Source: an uncultured Planctomycetia bacterium (lineage in GTDB: Bacteria; Omnitrophota; Gorgyraeia; Velamenicoccales; Velamenicoccaceae). Taken from it: 64,000 nt of DNA. The stretch covers positions 20,879 to 84,878 of the forward strand of contig CAYYFL010000008.1 in assembly GCA_964471325.1 (NCBI GenBank). The letters are read 5' to 3'. The notes below the pieces were generated by a model that worked only from the letters and a program-made list of their open reading frames with translations, was not told the DNA's origin and did no database searches. How positions within the stretch are numbered: position 1 is the first letter of the stretch; the number at the start of each line of letters is the position of its first letter. A program made the translations under genes and the position numbers. Of the stretch, positions 18,183 to 28,366 are shown in pieces.

Positions 18183-18858
18183 TACCTCTTGCGTCATCCG
18201 TAAATATATCCCCAACGACCGGCCGGACGTCCGCCGGATCAGCGTGCAGACGGCATTGATGGGCGAGCCGGGTACTGTTTTTTTCGACGACGATGAGACG
18301 CTCGCCGATGCCCTTACGATTTATTTCACCGATCATGAACCGGGATCGTGTTTTGTCGCCGTCTGCGGCGGGAAGGTCGCCGGTTATGTGCTGGGAGCCA
18401 CGGATGTGCGGCGCATGGATAAAATATTCGGGACAAAAATCCTCCCGTTTTTATTGCCGAAGGCTTTCCGCCGCGGGACTTTCTTGTGCAGGAAGAATCT
18501 GCGTTTTCTGTTTCACGTATTCCTGAGTTTGCTGAAAGGCGAATTCCGGACGCCGGTCTTTTCAAAGGAGTATCCGGCGGCCCTGCACATCAATATCGAC
18601 AAGGGATTTCGTGCGTCGGGAATCGGTTCAAAACTGATTCATGCCTACCTGGATTATCTGAAAAAAGAGGGGGTCGCGGGGGTCCATTTTGCGACCATGT
18701 CTGAAAAAGCGGCAGGGTTTTTCGAAAAGAACGGTTTACGACGCCTGTTTTCGGGGAAGCGGTCTTATTTCAGGTACTTTTTAGGCAGGGATGTTCTCCT
18801 GGCTATTTACGGCATGCGCCTGGCCCCGGCGAAAGCGCAGGTCTGTCCACAAGGATAA
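18172..18858 (+). CDS. GNAT-family N-acetyltransferase
   Basis: CoA-binding motif FRASGIGSKLIHAYLDYLKKEG. TTG start as given by the track; there is no nearby ATG, so the start is uncertain. Confidence 0.7.
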   Translation: MENNTSCVIRKYIPNDRPDVRRISVQTALMGEPGTVFFDDDETLADALTIYFTDHEPGSCFVAVCGGKVAGYVLGATDVRRMDKIFGTKILPFLLPKAFRRGTFLCRKNLRFLFHVFLSLLKGEFRTPVFSKEYPAALHINIDKGFRASGIGSKLIHAYLDYLKKEGVAGVHFATMSEKAAGFFEKNGLRRLFSGKRSYFRYFLGRDVLLAIYGMRLAPAKAQVCPQG

Positions 18859-18874
18859 AAGCGAGGGAGCGGGT

Positions 18875-21463
18875 ATGATCAGCACGGGAGAGAAAGGGTT
18901 GGATCAGGTTATCACCGGTTTGCAGCTTGGGGACAATGTCGTCTGGCAGTTGGATTCCATCGACGATTACCGCGGGGTTGTCCTGCCTTTTGTGAAAAAA
19001 TCCTGCGAGGATAAGAAGAGGGTTGTCTACATACGTTTCGCCAGCCACAAGCCTCTCCTGAAAAGCTCCAAAAATGTCGTGACGTACCGGCTGGATGCCT
19101 CGGAGGGCTTCGAATCTTTCTCAGCCCAGATCAACCGCATCATCCGCAGGGAGGGCGAAGGGGTTTATTACGTCTTTGATTGCCTTTCGGATCTTCTTTT
19201 CGCCTGGTCCAACGACCTGATGATCGGGAATTTTTTTAAAATCACCTGTCCGTTTCTTTTCGAGCTGCATACGATCGCCTATTTTTCGATTCTGCGCCAC
19301 CGGCATTCCTTTATGACGGTGGCGCGTATCCGCGATACCACCCAGCTCCTTGTCGATGTCTATCATCATAAGAATAACTATTATATCCATCCGCTGAAGG
19401 TCTGGAACCGCTATTCCCCGACGATGTTTCTGCCCCACATCAAAAAAGGCGGCCGCTTCGTCCCTATCGCCAGCAGCGGCGATACGGCGAGGCTGTTCTC
19501 GAGTGTTTTTAAAAGCGGAGAGAGGAGCGTCAAGCAGAAACTGGACTACTGGGACAGGCTTTTTATGAAAGCCGAAGACCTTTGCGGCCAGACAGGCGTC
19601 TCGCGCGCCAGGAGGGAGCAGCTGGCCGGCCAGATATCCAGGCTCATCATCTCGCGCGATGAGAAGATATTGCGGTTGGCCAAGGATTATCTGACGCTGG
19701 AGGATTTTTTGACGATCAGATCGCGGATGATCGGGACCGGTTTTATCGGCGGTAAATCGGTCGGGATGCTGGTGGCCCGCAATGTCCTCCTGAAGGAAAA
19801 AACGCTCCAGGCAGAGAAGTTTTTTGAGCCGCATGATTCTTTTTATGTCGGCTCGGACGTCTTCTACACCTATATCGTCGAGAACGGCTGGTGGAAGGAA
19901 CTGATGGCACAGCGGACAAAAGACGGCTATTTCAGGCTTGCCCGCGGCCTCCGGGAGAAGTTATTGGGCGGCGTTTTCCCCGAGGAGATCAAGGAGCAAT
20001 TCCGGCGCATCATCGATTATTTCGGCCAGTCGCCGATCATCGTGCGTTCCAGCAGTTTGCTGGAAGACAGCTACGGCAACGTTTTTGCCGGCAAGTACGA
20101 GAGCGTCTTTTTAGTCAACCAGGGGACGCCGGAGGAGCGGTTGGCCGCGTTCATCGGGGCCGTTCACAGGGTTTACGCTTCGACCATGAGCGACGATGCC
20201 CTGGCATACCGTCTTAAGCGGGGGTTGGACAAGGTCGACGAGCAGATGGCCTTATTGGTCCAGCGCGTCTCCGGCGCCTTCCATAAGGGGTATTTTTTCC
20301 CGGATGTCGCCGGCGTCGGGATCTCCTACAATACCTTTGTCTGGAATAAGTCTATGGATCCGGAAGCCGGAATGCTGCGTCTGGTCCTCGGCCTGGGGAC
20401 GAGGGCTGTCAACCGCGTCGAGGGCGATTATCCGCGCATTGCGGCTTTGGATGAGCCGCTGCTCAAGGCCCATGCAGGCGCCGGAGACGCGCAGAAATTT
20501 TCCCAGCATGACGTGGATGTGCTTCATATAAAGGAAAACGCCTTTCGGACGGTTTCTGTGGGCGATCTTCTTGGTAAAAAGATAGATGTGCATCTGGATA
20601 TGATAGGGACAGAGGATCGTGAAGCCCCAAGTGCGGATAACGGGCAGGGGCCCCGCTGGATCATTACCTTTGACAGGCTTCTGTCGCAGAACGGATTCAG
20701 ACAGAAGATGCAGAAGCTCCTGAAAATCCTGGAGAAGGCCTACGGATACCCTGTCGATATCGAGTTTACCGTGAATTTCAAAGAAAAAGGGGAATTTCAG
20801 CTCAACCTTCTGCAGTGCAGGCCCATGCTGACCAAGGGCCTGGGAAGCAGGGTTGTCATTCCCGACGGGATAGCCAAAGAGGCCGTCGTTTTCGCATCAA
20901 GCGGCCACTTTATGGGCGGCAACATCTCTCTGGCCGTCGACAGGATCATTTATGTGGATCCGCAGGCCTATTGTGCCATCGAGTCCCAGTCGGGGAAATA
21001 CGATATTGCCCGCGCCATCGGAGATATCAACCGGCAGGTTTCCGACAAGGAGAAATGCGCGGCCATGTTGTTGGGGCCGGGCCGATGGGGGACGAGCACC
21101 CCGTCCCTGGGGGTCCCGGTCTCGTTTGCAGAGATCGACAACATGTCCGTCCTGGGGGAGCTGGCTTTTTCAGGCAACAATGTCATGCCGGAGCTTTCCT
21201 ACGGGACCCATTTTTTCCAGGACCTGGTGGAATCAGGTATTTTCTATTTGTCCCTTTATCCCGATAAACAGGGCGTGTATATCAATCGCGGCGTCCTGGA
21301 TGCGGAAACAAAGACGTTATCCGAATATTTTCCCCAATACAAGAAATACGAGCATGTCATCAAGATATTCGACGTCAAAGACAAAGGGGTGAAGTTTGCC
21401 GCCGACATCATGACGCAAAAAGTGATATGCTATTTCAGCGGAACAGAGCCAGGGAAAGTTTAA
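18875..21463 (+). CDS. PEP/pyruvate-binding (PPDK_N-type) domain protein with N-terminal KaiC/RecA-like pseudo-ATPase domain
   Basis: The central region IVRSSSLLEDSYGNVFAGKYES and later VGISYNTF match the ATP-grasp nucleotide-binding domain of PEP synthase / pyruvate phosphate dikinase. The N-terminus (GLDQVITGLQLGDNVVWQ) looks KaiC-like but lacks a P-loop. Confidence 0.75.
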   Translation: MISTGEKGLDQVITGLQLGDNVVWQLDSIDDYRGVVLPFVKKSCEDKKRVVYIRFASHKPLLKSSKNVVTYRLDASEGFESFSAQINRIIRREGEGVYYVFDCLSDLLFAWSNDLMIGNFFKITCPFLFELHTIAYFSILRHRHSFMTVARIRDTTQLLVDVYHHKNNYYIHPLKVWNRYSPTMFLPHIKKGGRFVPIASSGDTARLFSSVFKSGERSVKQKLDYWDRLFMKAEDLCGQTGVSRARREQLAGQISRLIISRDEKILRLAKDYLTLEDFLTIRSRMIGTGFIGGKSVGMLVARNVLLKEKTLQAEKFFEPHDSFYVGSDVFYTYIVENGWWKELMAQRTKDGYFRLARGLREKLLGGVFPEEIKEQFRRIIDYFGQSPIIVRSSSLLEDSYGNVFAGKYESVFLVNQGTPEERLAAFIGAVHRVYASTMSDDALAYRLKRGLDKVDEQMALLVQRVSGAFHKGYFFPDVAGVGISYNTFVWNKSMDPEAGMLRLVLGLGTRAVNRVEGDYPRIAALDEPLLKAHAGAGDAQKFSQHDVDVLHIKENAFRTVSVGDLLGKKIDVHLDMIGTEDREAPSADNGQGPRWIITFDRLLSQNGFRQKMQKLLKILEKAYGYPVDIEFTVNFKEKGEFQLNLLQCRPMLTKGLGSRVVIPDGIAKEAVVFASSGHFMGGNISLAVDRIIYVDPQAYCAIESQSGKYDIARAIGDINRQVSDKEKCAAMLLGPGRWGTSTPSLGVPVSFAEIDNMSVLGELAFSGNNVMPELSYGTHFFQDLVESGIFYLSLYPDKQGVYINRGVLDAETKTLSEYFPQYKKYEHVIKIFDVKDKGVKFAADIMTQKVICYFSGTEPGKV

Positions 21464-21503
21464 GGATCCAGTTTTGCCTGTTTGTGCGGACAAGGAGGAA
21501 GAG

Positions 21504-21662
21504 ATGAACGCTAAACTGGTCGAGAATATAGCCAGAAATATGCGGCCTAAAGACACTCCGGAATTGTTGAACATTTATACGGAAAATGACGGGGCCCAAG
21601 TCGAGATGTATCTGAAAATAAGACGTCATGCAGCCGCAGATAAGGTATCTTCAACCCGTTGA
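21504..21662 (+). CDS. hypothetical small protein (52 aa)
   Basis: AAGGAGGAAGAG lies directly upstream of ATG 21504. No family recognised. Confidence 0.35.
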   Translation: MNAKLVENIARNMRPKDTPELLNIYTENDGAQVEMYLKIRRHAAADKVSSTR

Positions 21663-21695
21663 TACAAGCCGTGCAGCGGTTACCTGGGAGATGAG

Positions 21696-22508
21696 ATGAA
21701 AAATCTATGTTGGGTTTTGTTGGGCACGGCATTCTTGGCCGGATGCGCCGCGAACAAGGTTTATGTGAATCCGCAAAAAACCATCCGCGAGATGACTCTC
21801 GACGAGACGGAATGCCGGACCATGGCCGATACCTTGGATCTTAAGGATGACGCCGGCAGGCAAAAGGAATACAACCAATGCATGCAAGAGAGAGGTTACA
21901 AGCTTGTTCCGGAAAAGGACGCCAGGCGCGTCAAAGGTTTCCAGGAGGTATGGGTTGATCCCGTGGTGGATTTTAAAGTTTACGAGGCCATTGTTATCGA
22001 CAAGGTGGATGTCAGCGAGGTCCAGGTCATGAATATGCGGGGGGCCCCCGGCACAAACGTCTCGGATGCGGACATCGACAGGCTTGCCGAGCGCATGCGT
22101 GACCGTTTTTCTGTCTTCCTGGGCGCAGTCCTGCCTGTCGTGCCGCAAGAGGAAGCCGGAAAGAGAAAGATACTGCGCATCCGTCTGAGCCTTTTGGATA
22201 TCGCTACAACGAATATCGGCGTCAACGTCGCCCTGCAGGCTGTGCCTATCCCTTATATGCCTGTTTCTTCCAAGGGGTTGTTCAGTTTTGAAGGCACGAT
22301 CACGGATTTCTCCAGCGGGAAAAAACTGGTGACGATGGCCGACAAGACAGGTTCAGGCAAGAATTCTTCTTTGATCGGTCTGGAAAAATTCGATAAATGG
22401 AAATATGCCTATGAGACCATTGATTACTGGGCGGACTGCCTGGCAAAGTTCCTGGCCGACAAGCGGGGAGAATCCTACAAGTCCCAGCTTAAATTCAAAT
22501 TTATTTGA
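21696..22508 (+). CDS. lipoprotein (DUF3313-like)
   Basis: Lipobox LLGTAFLAGC at residues 8-17. I recall DUF3313 as a similar-sized lipoprotein family, but this is not verified. Confidence 0.55.
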   Translation: MKNLCWVLLGTAFLAGCAANKVYVNPQKTIREMTLDETECRTMADTLDLKDDAGRQKEYNQCMQERGYKLVPEKDARRVKGFQEVWVDPVVDFKVYEAIVIDKVDVSEVQVMNMRGAPGTNVSDADIDRLAERMRDRFSVFLGAVLPVVPQEEAGKRKILRIRLSLLDIATTNIGVNVALQAVPIPYMPVSSKGLFSFEGTITDFSSGKKLVTMADKTGSGKNSSLIGLEKFDKWKYAYETIDYWADCLAKFLADKRGESYKSQLKFKFI

Positions 22509-22567
22509 GGAAAAACGATGCGGCATATGTTTCATCTGGGACATTCGACAAGGGGGAGCGGATCGTC

Positions 22568-23329
22568 ATGAAAAGATGGTATGAGGCGTTGTTTGAGAAT
22601 TATGCGCATAAATACGATCAAGAGTGTTATGTCAATGGAACACCCGGAGAATGTGATTCTATTGAACAGGAGATAAACCGCGATAAGTCAATAAAAATCC
22701 TGGATATCGGCTGCGGCACAGGCCGTCATGCCATTGAATTGGCAAAAAGAGGATACAACGTGACCGGCATCGACTTGTCGGCGGCGCAGCTCAAAAGGGC
22801 AAGGGAGAAGGCCCAAGAGGCGGGGGTGACCATCGACTTCCAGAAGCACGACGCCAGAAACCTTCCTTTTCGGGGCGAATTCGATCTGGCGATCATGCTC
22901 TGTGAGGGCGGTTTTTCTTTGATGGAAACGGATGAGATGAATTTTGAGATACTTAAAGGCGCGACCAGGGCGTTGAAGAATAACGGGAAGTTCATATTCA
23001 CCACATTGAACGCCTTGTTTCCGCTGTTTCATTCGGTAAAGGAATTTTATGGGTCGGCGGGTAAAGAAGGGGGTTCGGTTTGTAAAAGCATATCCTTCGA
23101 TTTGATGACGTTCCGCGATCATAATCGCGTTGAATTTGAAGATGACGCAGGAAATAAAAAAGCATTGGAATGCAATGAGCGATGTTATGTCCCCAGCGAA
23201 ATCACTTGGCTGCTTCATTCGCTTGGATATAAGAAGATAGAGATTTTTGGAGCTAAGCTCGGGGCATACTCAAGAAACGACAAGCTGACCACCGAAGACT
23301 TTGAAATGCTCGTCATCGCTGAAAAATGA
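22568..23329 (+). CDS. class I SAM-dependent methyltransferase
   Basis: Motif I ILDIGCGTGRHAIELA, motif II DLAIMLC. GGGGGAG RBS before ATG 22568. Confidence 0.85.
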   Translation: MKRWYEALFENYAHKYDQECYVNGTPGECDSIEQEINRDKSIKILDIGCGTGRHAIELAKRGYNVTGIDLSAAQLKRAREKAQEAGVTIDFQKHDARNLPFRGEFDLAIMLCEGGFSLMETDEMNFEILKGATRALKNNGKFIFTTLNALFPLFHSVKEFYGSAGKEGGSVCKSISFDLMTFRDHNRVEFEDDAGNKKALECNERCYVPSEITWLLHSLGYKKIEIFGAKLGAYSRNDKLTTEDFEMLVIAEK

Positions 23330-23377
23330 AAGAAGATAATTTTTAGACAATGTTTGAACGAAGGATAAACGTCAGCT

Positions 23378-24454
23378 ATGACTATGCAAAAGGGAATGCA
23401 AATCAAACGGCATGAGGTGCTGCCGCTGAGGGCGCCTTTAAGCCAGCCTTTTCGTACCGCGTTTGGTCAGCACGACACCTTGGATAATCTTCTTTTTAAG
23501 ATTGAACTGAACAATGGTGTCGTGGGTTTTGGCGAAGCGGCGGTGGCCACGCACATCACCGGCGAAACGCTCTCGCAAACGCAGAATAACCTTAAAAAGT
23601 GCGGGCAGAGTTTGTGCGGGCGTAATGTAGCCGACTATTTAAGCATCTCGTCTGCGCTCCACTGGCAGGTGCCGGACAATAAGGCCGCGCTTGCCGCTGT
23701 CGAAATGGCGGTTTTTGATGCGCTGGCGCGTTCTTTAAAGATACCGTTGTGGCGATTCTACGGCGATAGGCCGGTAAAGCTGCATACCGATATTACGATC
23801 GTCATCGATAGCGTAGAAAACGCCCGAAAGAAGGCGCGCGAATTCTACCTCCGCGGTTTCAGGGCGTTTAAGATCAAGATCGGCCGCGATAGAGACCAAG
23901 ACCTGGAACGGGTGATTGCGGTAGCCAGGATCACCAAGAATTCAAAATTGTATTTAGACGCTAATCAGGGTTATAGCGCGGAACAAACCTTAAAGTTCCT
24001 CAAAGACCTGGAAACATATAATATTATTCCCGATCTCATCGAACAACCGGTTCCCAAAGATGACAGGGAGGGGCTGAAAAAAGTGACGCGCCTTGCCAAA
24101 CCAAAGGTTTGTGCGGACGAAAGCGTAAAGGATATGGTAGATGCCATTTGGGCGGTCAAAGAAAAGGCCTGCGATGTGATTAATATCAAGTTGATGAAAT
24201 GCGGGCTTGTCCAGGCGAAAGAGATTGCGTTTTTGGCCAGGGCCAATCATATCGGCCTTATGATCGGCGGGATGATGGAAAGCAGCCTTGCCATGACCTG
24301 TTCGGCGCATATCGCATCGGGGTTGGGATTCATTGACTATGTCGATTTGGACACGCCGTTCTTTTTGAAGGACGGGTGCAAACATAAATTCCTTTCAAGA
24401 AGCGGGGAGTATGATCTCGGCAAGGCAAAAAACGGGATAGGCATAATACCTTAA
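23378..24454 (+). CDS. dipeptide epimerase (enolase superfamily, L-Ala-D/L-Glu epimerase-like)
   Basis: FKIKIG, LYLDANQGY, IEQPV, CADESV and NIKLMKCGL give the Lys/Asp/Glu/Asp/Lys catalytic and metal ligand pattern of MLE-subgroup epimerases. Confidence 0.8.
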   Translation: MTMQKGMQIKRHEVLPLRAPLSQPFRTAFGQHDTLDNLLFKIELNNGVVGFGEAAVATHITGETLSQTQNNLKKCGQSLCGRNVADYLSISSALHWQVPDNKAALAAVEMAVFDALARSLKIPLWRFYGDRPVKLHTDITIVIDSVENARKKAREFYLRGFRAFKIKIGRDRDQDLERVIAVARITKNSKLYLDANQGYSAEQTLKFLKDLETYNIIPDLIEQPVPKDDREGLKKVTRLAKPKVCADESVKDMVDAIWAVKEKACDVINIKLMKCGLVQAKEIAFLARANHIGLMIGGMMESSLAMTCSAHIASGLGFIDYVDLDTPFFLKDGCKHKFLSRSGEYDLGKAKNGIGIIP

Positions 24455-24458
24455 AAAG

Positions 24459-25628
24459 ATGGTCACAGATTCTTACGCCGTCATCGCTATCTTGGTTCTC
24501 ATTGAGTTTTGCGTCCTGTATCTTTCCAGCAGGCGAAGATTTAAAAAATATTTCCATTTCATCCCGCCGGTTTTCTGGATCTATGCCGTCCCTATGCTTT
24601 TTTCTTCGCTGGGCCTCATAACTGCGGAAAACCCATTTTATAATATCATCGCATCCAACCTGCTTCCGGCCAGCCTTGTTCTTCTTTTGCTTAGCACTGA
24701 CCTTAAGGCGATCTCGAGGCTGGGCAAAAAAGCCTTGATCATGATGTTGAGCGGCAGCATCTCCATCATGGTTGCCGTCCCCGTAGTTTTTTATCTCTTT
24801 AAGGGCATAGTCGGTAACCGCATGTGGAGCGGTTTTGGCGCGCTTTCCGCCTCTTGGGTGGGAGGCAGCGCCAACATGGTGGCCGTCAAGGAGGCCTTAG
24901 GCGCCCCTGAGCAGGTCTTCGCCCCCATGCTTGTCGTAGATACGGTCGTGCCTTATGTCTGGATGGCATTTTTGATTGCGGTCGTCGGGATGCAGAATAT
25001 TTTCGATCAAAAGGTCAAAGCCGATAGCAAGGTCCTGGAAGAGCTCAAGCGGCATTTGAGCGGCCGCCAGGAGCTTAAAAAAAGTTTTTCAGCCAAAGGG
25101 ACCTCTTGGATTATTTTTACCGCCGTGGCCGGCGTGGTTATTTCCAGGATTTGTGCTTATTATTTGCCGGCCGTTAAGAATACGATCTCGGCATATACCT
25201 GGACAATCATTTTTGCTTCAACCTTGGGTGTTTTGTTGTCGCTGACGCCGGCAAGAAAACTTGAACAGTCAAACTCGACCCTGTTCGGCTACTGGCTTTT
25301 ATATTTTGTGCTTGCGACTATCGGCGCCAAGGCTTGCATTCGCGATCTCAGCGCTGCCTTGGTGCTTATTGGAGCGGGGTTTTGCGTGATCATTTTGCAC
25401 GGCTTGATGATCGCCGCCGCCGCCAAGATAATACGCGCACCGATGTTTTTGGCAGCTACTGCCAGTCAGGCGAATATCGGCGGCCCGGCCTCGGCGCCGG
25501 TTGTGGCAGTGGTCTATCAGCCGGCATTGGCTTGTGTAGGAATCTTAATGGCGGTCCTGGGGAACCTAGTTGGAACATACGCAGGCATTATCACGGGTTA
25601 TGTCTGTAAATTCATTGCAAAAGCATGA
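24459..25628 (+). CDS. DUF819-family polytopic membrane protein
   Basis: About 10-12 TM helices. SASWVGGSANMVAV and ASQANIGGPASAP motifs that I associate with DUF819. Confidence 0.65.
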   Translation: MVTDSYAVIAILVLIEFCVLYLSSRRRFKKYFHFIPPVFWIYAVPMLFSSLGLITAENPFYNIIASNLLPASLVLLLLSTDLKAISRLGKKALIMMLSGSISIMVAVPVVFYLFKGIVGNRMWSGFGALSASWVGGSANMVAVKEALGAPEQVFAPMLVVDTVVPYVWMAFLIAVVGMQNIFDQKVKADSKVLEELKRHLSGRQELKKSFSAKGTSWIIFTAVAGVVISRICAYYLPAVKNTISAYTWTIIFASTLGVLLSLTPARKLEQSNSTLFGYWLLYFVLATIGAKACIRDLSAALVLIGAGFCVIILHGLMIAAAAKIIRAPMFLAATASQANIGGPASAPVVAVVYQPALACVGILMAVLGNLVGTYAGIITGYVCKFIAKA

Positions 25629-25885
25629 TGCGTGAACTATCGGCTCTTTTTGCTGCCTGGATGAAGAGGCGGTTTATTTTTATGAGCTGATGAACGCACG
25701 CGACAAATCCCGAGACGCTAAAATATTTATAATTATATGAGAAATAAAAAGATAGAAAAAAAGAATGTTTTTCTGAAAAGCTACGGATGACCGCTGGACT
25801 CGATCCCACAGGACTATCCTACCTTTTCTTGAAGAAATCTACAAAGACAAATTAGCTGAAATAACTACCTATATACCAAGAGGTT

Positions 25886-25923
25886 AAAGACAGTTTGAGG
25901 TTTGACTGTCTTTTTTATTTTTT
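25886..25923 (+). terminator. rho-independent terminator-like hairpin in the junction gap
   Basis: AAAGACAGT / ACTGTCTTT 9-bp stem, 10-nt loop, followed by a T-rich tract. No ORF ends nearby; DUF819 ends 258 nt upstream. Confidence 0.35.
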
Positions 25924-25984
25924 GACCTATTTGGAAGATTTCGGGAAGAGCATAGGTCACGTTTACATATTGGACGATTAGAAA

Positions 25985-27355
25985 ATGATCCCAGCTGGAA
26001 TATCACCCACAGAAGCAGCTTTCGAAGTTATTGGCCTGGTTAACGCCAAGTCGATCATGGATTACTTGTTTGTAGATACAAAAGTAGGAGCGGCTGTATT
26101 TCTGATCGGAATGCTGCTTTCTCTATGGACCGCGATCAAAGAAGCTGATTATTCATACTTGTGGGGTTACGTTTTCATGTATTTTGTTTTGTTATTTCTT
26201 TTTATTAAACCTATGACGAATGTCTCGAGCAGCACATCTACTATGGAACAAGCCGGCTGGAGTGAAGTCACCACTCAGCAGATTCTGCAGGATACCTTTA
26301 TCGATACCGGTAAGAGCCGTGCCGGCTCTCTGGGTCTTGTATTTATAAGCCAGGCTTATAATTCCGTTGTCTACGGCACGGTCAGTGCCATCACCCGAGC
26401 TACACAGCAGCAGGATTTTAACTATCTCAAGAATCCTTTTATTGTGAACAAGGTTTCGATGTACCTTGGGCATTTCAGCGCACAAGGCATCAAAAAAGAC
26501 CCGGTCTTGCGAAAAGACATGGAGGATTTCCTCAAGAGTGACTATCCGCAGACCTTGGGCAGGATGCTTAATAATAATGCGCAGACACAATTAACCAAAA
26601 AATGGTGGCCTGGGGATGAGGATGTGGTGGCGAACTATGATTCTGCTCAACGAAAGAGATGGGAGAATTTGGACTCTCGGCTGAACGACTACATCAAAAA
26701 ACAGATCGACACATGGGGATTGGCAGGCACATTTGTCAATCTGTTCGTAGATTATAAGGCTTTAAAGATTTCGCTGCTTTCCAGCGAGGTTGGAAAATCA
26801 GCTACTCAAATAGCCTCTGGTGAGGCCGGCTACGGCATAAATCCGCAAGGGGTTTCTTTGAGTTGGCTTGCCAGAAAGGCGACGGGTGCCTTTGCTTTTC
26901 TAGGTTCTACGGTAGGCCAGTTTTTCTCAAGTTCTTTGGCTGAGTTTATGATCAAGACCCTGCCTTATTTGGAAGGGTATGCCGTTATGATCATTTACAG
27001 TCTTTTTCCTTTTACGCTTCTTTTGTGTCTGTTGTTCAGGACCCCGGAGATCCTTAAGGAATACTTCGTTTATCTTTTCTGGGTTAAGTCCTGGGTGATT
27101 ATCTGGGCGCTTATTCATTACGCCTCTCTTTACATGGCCGCGCTACAGGCCAAATTAGCTTCCGGCACCACCAGCTCCTGGTTTTTCGAGAGGCCTTATT
27201 TTAATACGGTGACCGGGGTTCTTTTGGTCATGTCTCCAGGCATAGCCTGGTTTATGACCAAAGGTGTCTTGAGCGGCATAGGGGAGGCAGCTTCAGCCTT
27301 GACTGTTCACGCGGACAAAGGAACTGGAAAAGTTAGTTCTAAATTGGGAGTTTAG
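25985..27355 (+). CDS. traG: TraG N-terminal-domain-like polytopic membrane protein (F-type mating-pair formation)
   Basis: Multi-TM architecture. The C-terminal segment LPYLEGYAVMIIYSLFPFTLLLCLLF...YLFWVKSWVIIWALIHYA parallels the F TraG_N region LPFAQSLLMLILVCLFPLM...YFQMWPVMFAILNYA. It lacks the TraG C-terminal half. Confidence 0.5.
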   Translation: MIPAGISPTEAAFEVIGLVNAKSIMDYLFVDTKVGAAVFLIGMLLSLWTAIKEADYSYLWGYVFMYFVLLFLFIKPMTNVSSSTSTMEQAGWSEVTTQQILQDTFIDTGKSRAGSLGLVFISQAYNSVVYGTVSAITRATQQQDFNYLKNPFIVNKVSMYLGHFSAQGIKKDPVLRKDMEDFLKSDYPQTLGRMLNNNAQTQLTKKWWPGDEDVVANYDSAQRKRWENLDSRLNDYIKKQIDTWGLAGTFVNLFVDYKALKISLLSSEVGKSATQIASGEAGYGINPQGVSLSWLARKATGAFAFLGSTVGQFFSSSLAEFMIKTLPYLEGYAVMIIYSLFPFTLLLCLLFRTPEILKEYFVYLFWVKSWVIIWALIHYASLYMAALQAKLASGTTSSWFFERPYFNTVTGVLLVMSPGIAWFMTKGVLSGIGEAASALTVHADKGTGKVSSKLGV

Positions 27356-27420
27356 AGGGCAAATTATGCGTATTTTAATTGGTGAAGAATTGGGAGGGTA
27401 TCTAAATTATTTTAACAGGC

Positions 27421-27594
27421 TTATGCGGACAATTCTAGCATGGCTTTCTTCGCGCATCCTGTTGGACCATGAGCGCGTTGCACCCTTTTCCCGCGTCAGC
27501 TCTTGCGGTAGCCTTTTCCAAGCCTTCTCCCGAAGGCTACCGCATGTTTTCTTCCACCCCACCCCCGCCAGCCAGGCGGCCAATAGAAAGGCAG
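27421..27594 (+). repeat. left arm of 174-nt inverted repeat (IR-L)
   Basis: Reverse complement of 56792-56965. By manual alignment the central ~148 nt are identical. GC-rich. Ends 4 nt before ATG 27599. Confidence 0.9.
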
Positions 27595-27598
27595 GATC

Positions 27599-28366
27599 AT
27601 GAAACAAGGTAGGAACACCAAAGAAGAACAAACGCGCAGGATTAAACTTCTGGTTGGCTTTCTATTTACTTTCAGATATGCCACAAGAACCCAGTTGGAG
27701 ACATTCATTCAGTTGATCGTAAATATATCTCATACGCACTGGTTGGTAGATTACTCGCTCAAGAAAGGCTTTGTCAGCGTTTACTACGAACCTGTATTAA
27801 AAACGAAAATCTACTATCTGGGCCCCAAAGGCAAGCAACTAATCTCCCATGAGGCTATGATCGAACATTACCACTTTGAGAAAAGCTATGCTGGGATTAA
27901 TACTTTCGCCCATCAGAATGCCGTGGTTGAGGCCTTCTTCATGCTGAAAAGTCATCTTAATATCCAGGAATGGATCTGCGAATGGGCCTTGCGGGTAGGA
28001 AAAGAGCGCCGTGAAAAGATACCCGATGGATTGCTCGTTTTCCCGGATGGGACAAAGGCAGCCCTGGAGGTAGAGACTAGGTACAAAAAGCTAGATGTTT
28101 TAAGATATTTCGTCAAAAGATACCACTATGACATCACAAGGATCTCCAGATATGACTGCGTTTTGGTTATTTCCGCAAGCAGATTGAATTACGAAGGCCT
28201 GAAAACCCGCTTATACAACATAGCTCCTGAGCTTTGCGCGAGCAGGTTCTTCTTGAGCGACCTTGGCATGCTTGAGCAGGGGATGTGCCTTTATCAGAAC
28301 AAATTGATTCACCTAGAAGATGCCTTTGGATTATTAAGGCAAAATGCGGGGGCAAGCCATGAATAA
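27599..28366 (+). CDS. replication-relaxation (Replic_Relax, PF13814-like) family protein; candidate non-canonical relaxase/accessory
   Basis: N-terminal winged-helix-like part (FRYATRTQLETF). NTFAHQNAVVEAF and IPDGLLVFPDGTKAALEVETRYKK (PD-(D/E)xK-like) follow the Replic_Relax pattern. Adjacent to the coupling-protein gene. Confidence 0.6.
   Translation: MKQGRNTKEEQTRRIKLLVGFLFTFRYATRTQLETFIQLIVNISHTHWLVDYSLKKGFVSVYYEPVLKTKIYYLGPKGKQLISHEAMIEHYHFEKSYAGINTFAHQNAVVEAFFMLKSHLNIQEWICEWALRVGKERREKIPDGLLVFPDGTKAALEVETRYKKLDVLRYFVKRYHYDITRISRYDCVLVISASRLNYEGLKTRLYNIAPELCASRFFLSDLGMLEQGMCLYQNKLIHLEDAFGLLRQNAGASHE

Noticed and set aside
679-19834. Long antisense ORFs in the GC-rich block (e.g. 679..1767 -, 2954..3802 -, 5863..6693 -, 11047..12090 -, 19121..19834 -).
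   Set aside because: These are shadow ORFs opposite well-supported + strand genes. Their Arg/Pro/Gly-rich low-complexity translations match no family.
25775-25815. tRNA-like string GCTGGACTCGATCCCACAGG at the left junction, a possible tRNA 3' fragment or att site.
   Set aside because: The flanking bases do not form a T-stem or an acceptor stem, and no matching copy occurs at the right side of the element.
27366-27708. Track ORFs lying across the inverted repeat (27366..27602 +, 27407..27631 -, 27496..27708 -, and their mirror images 56660..56890, 56747..56968, 56776..56991).
   Set aside because: Several frames are open simply because the repeat is GC-rich. The ORFs have no SD, use poor or alternative starts, their W/R/K/G-rich translations look like non-coding sequence, and the copies diverge exactly where the nucleotide repeat ends.
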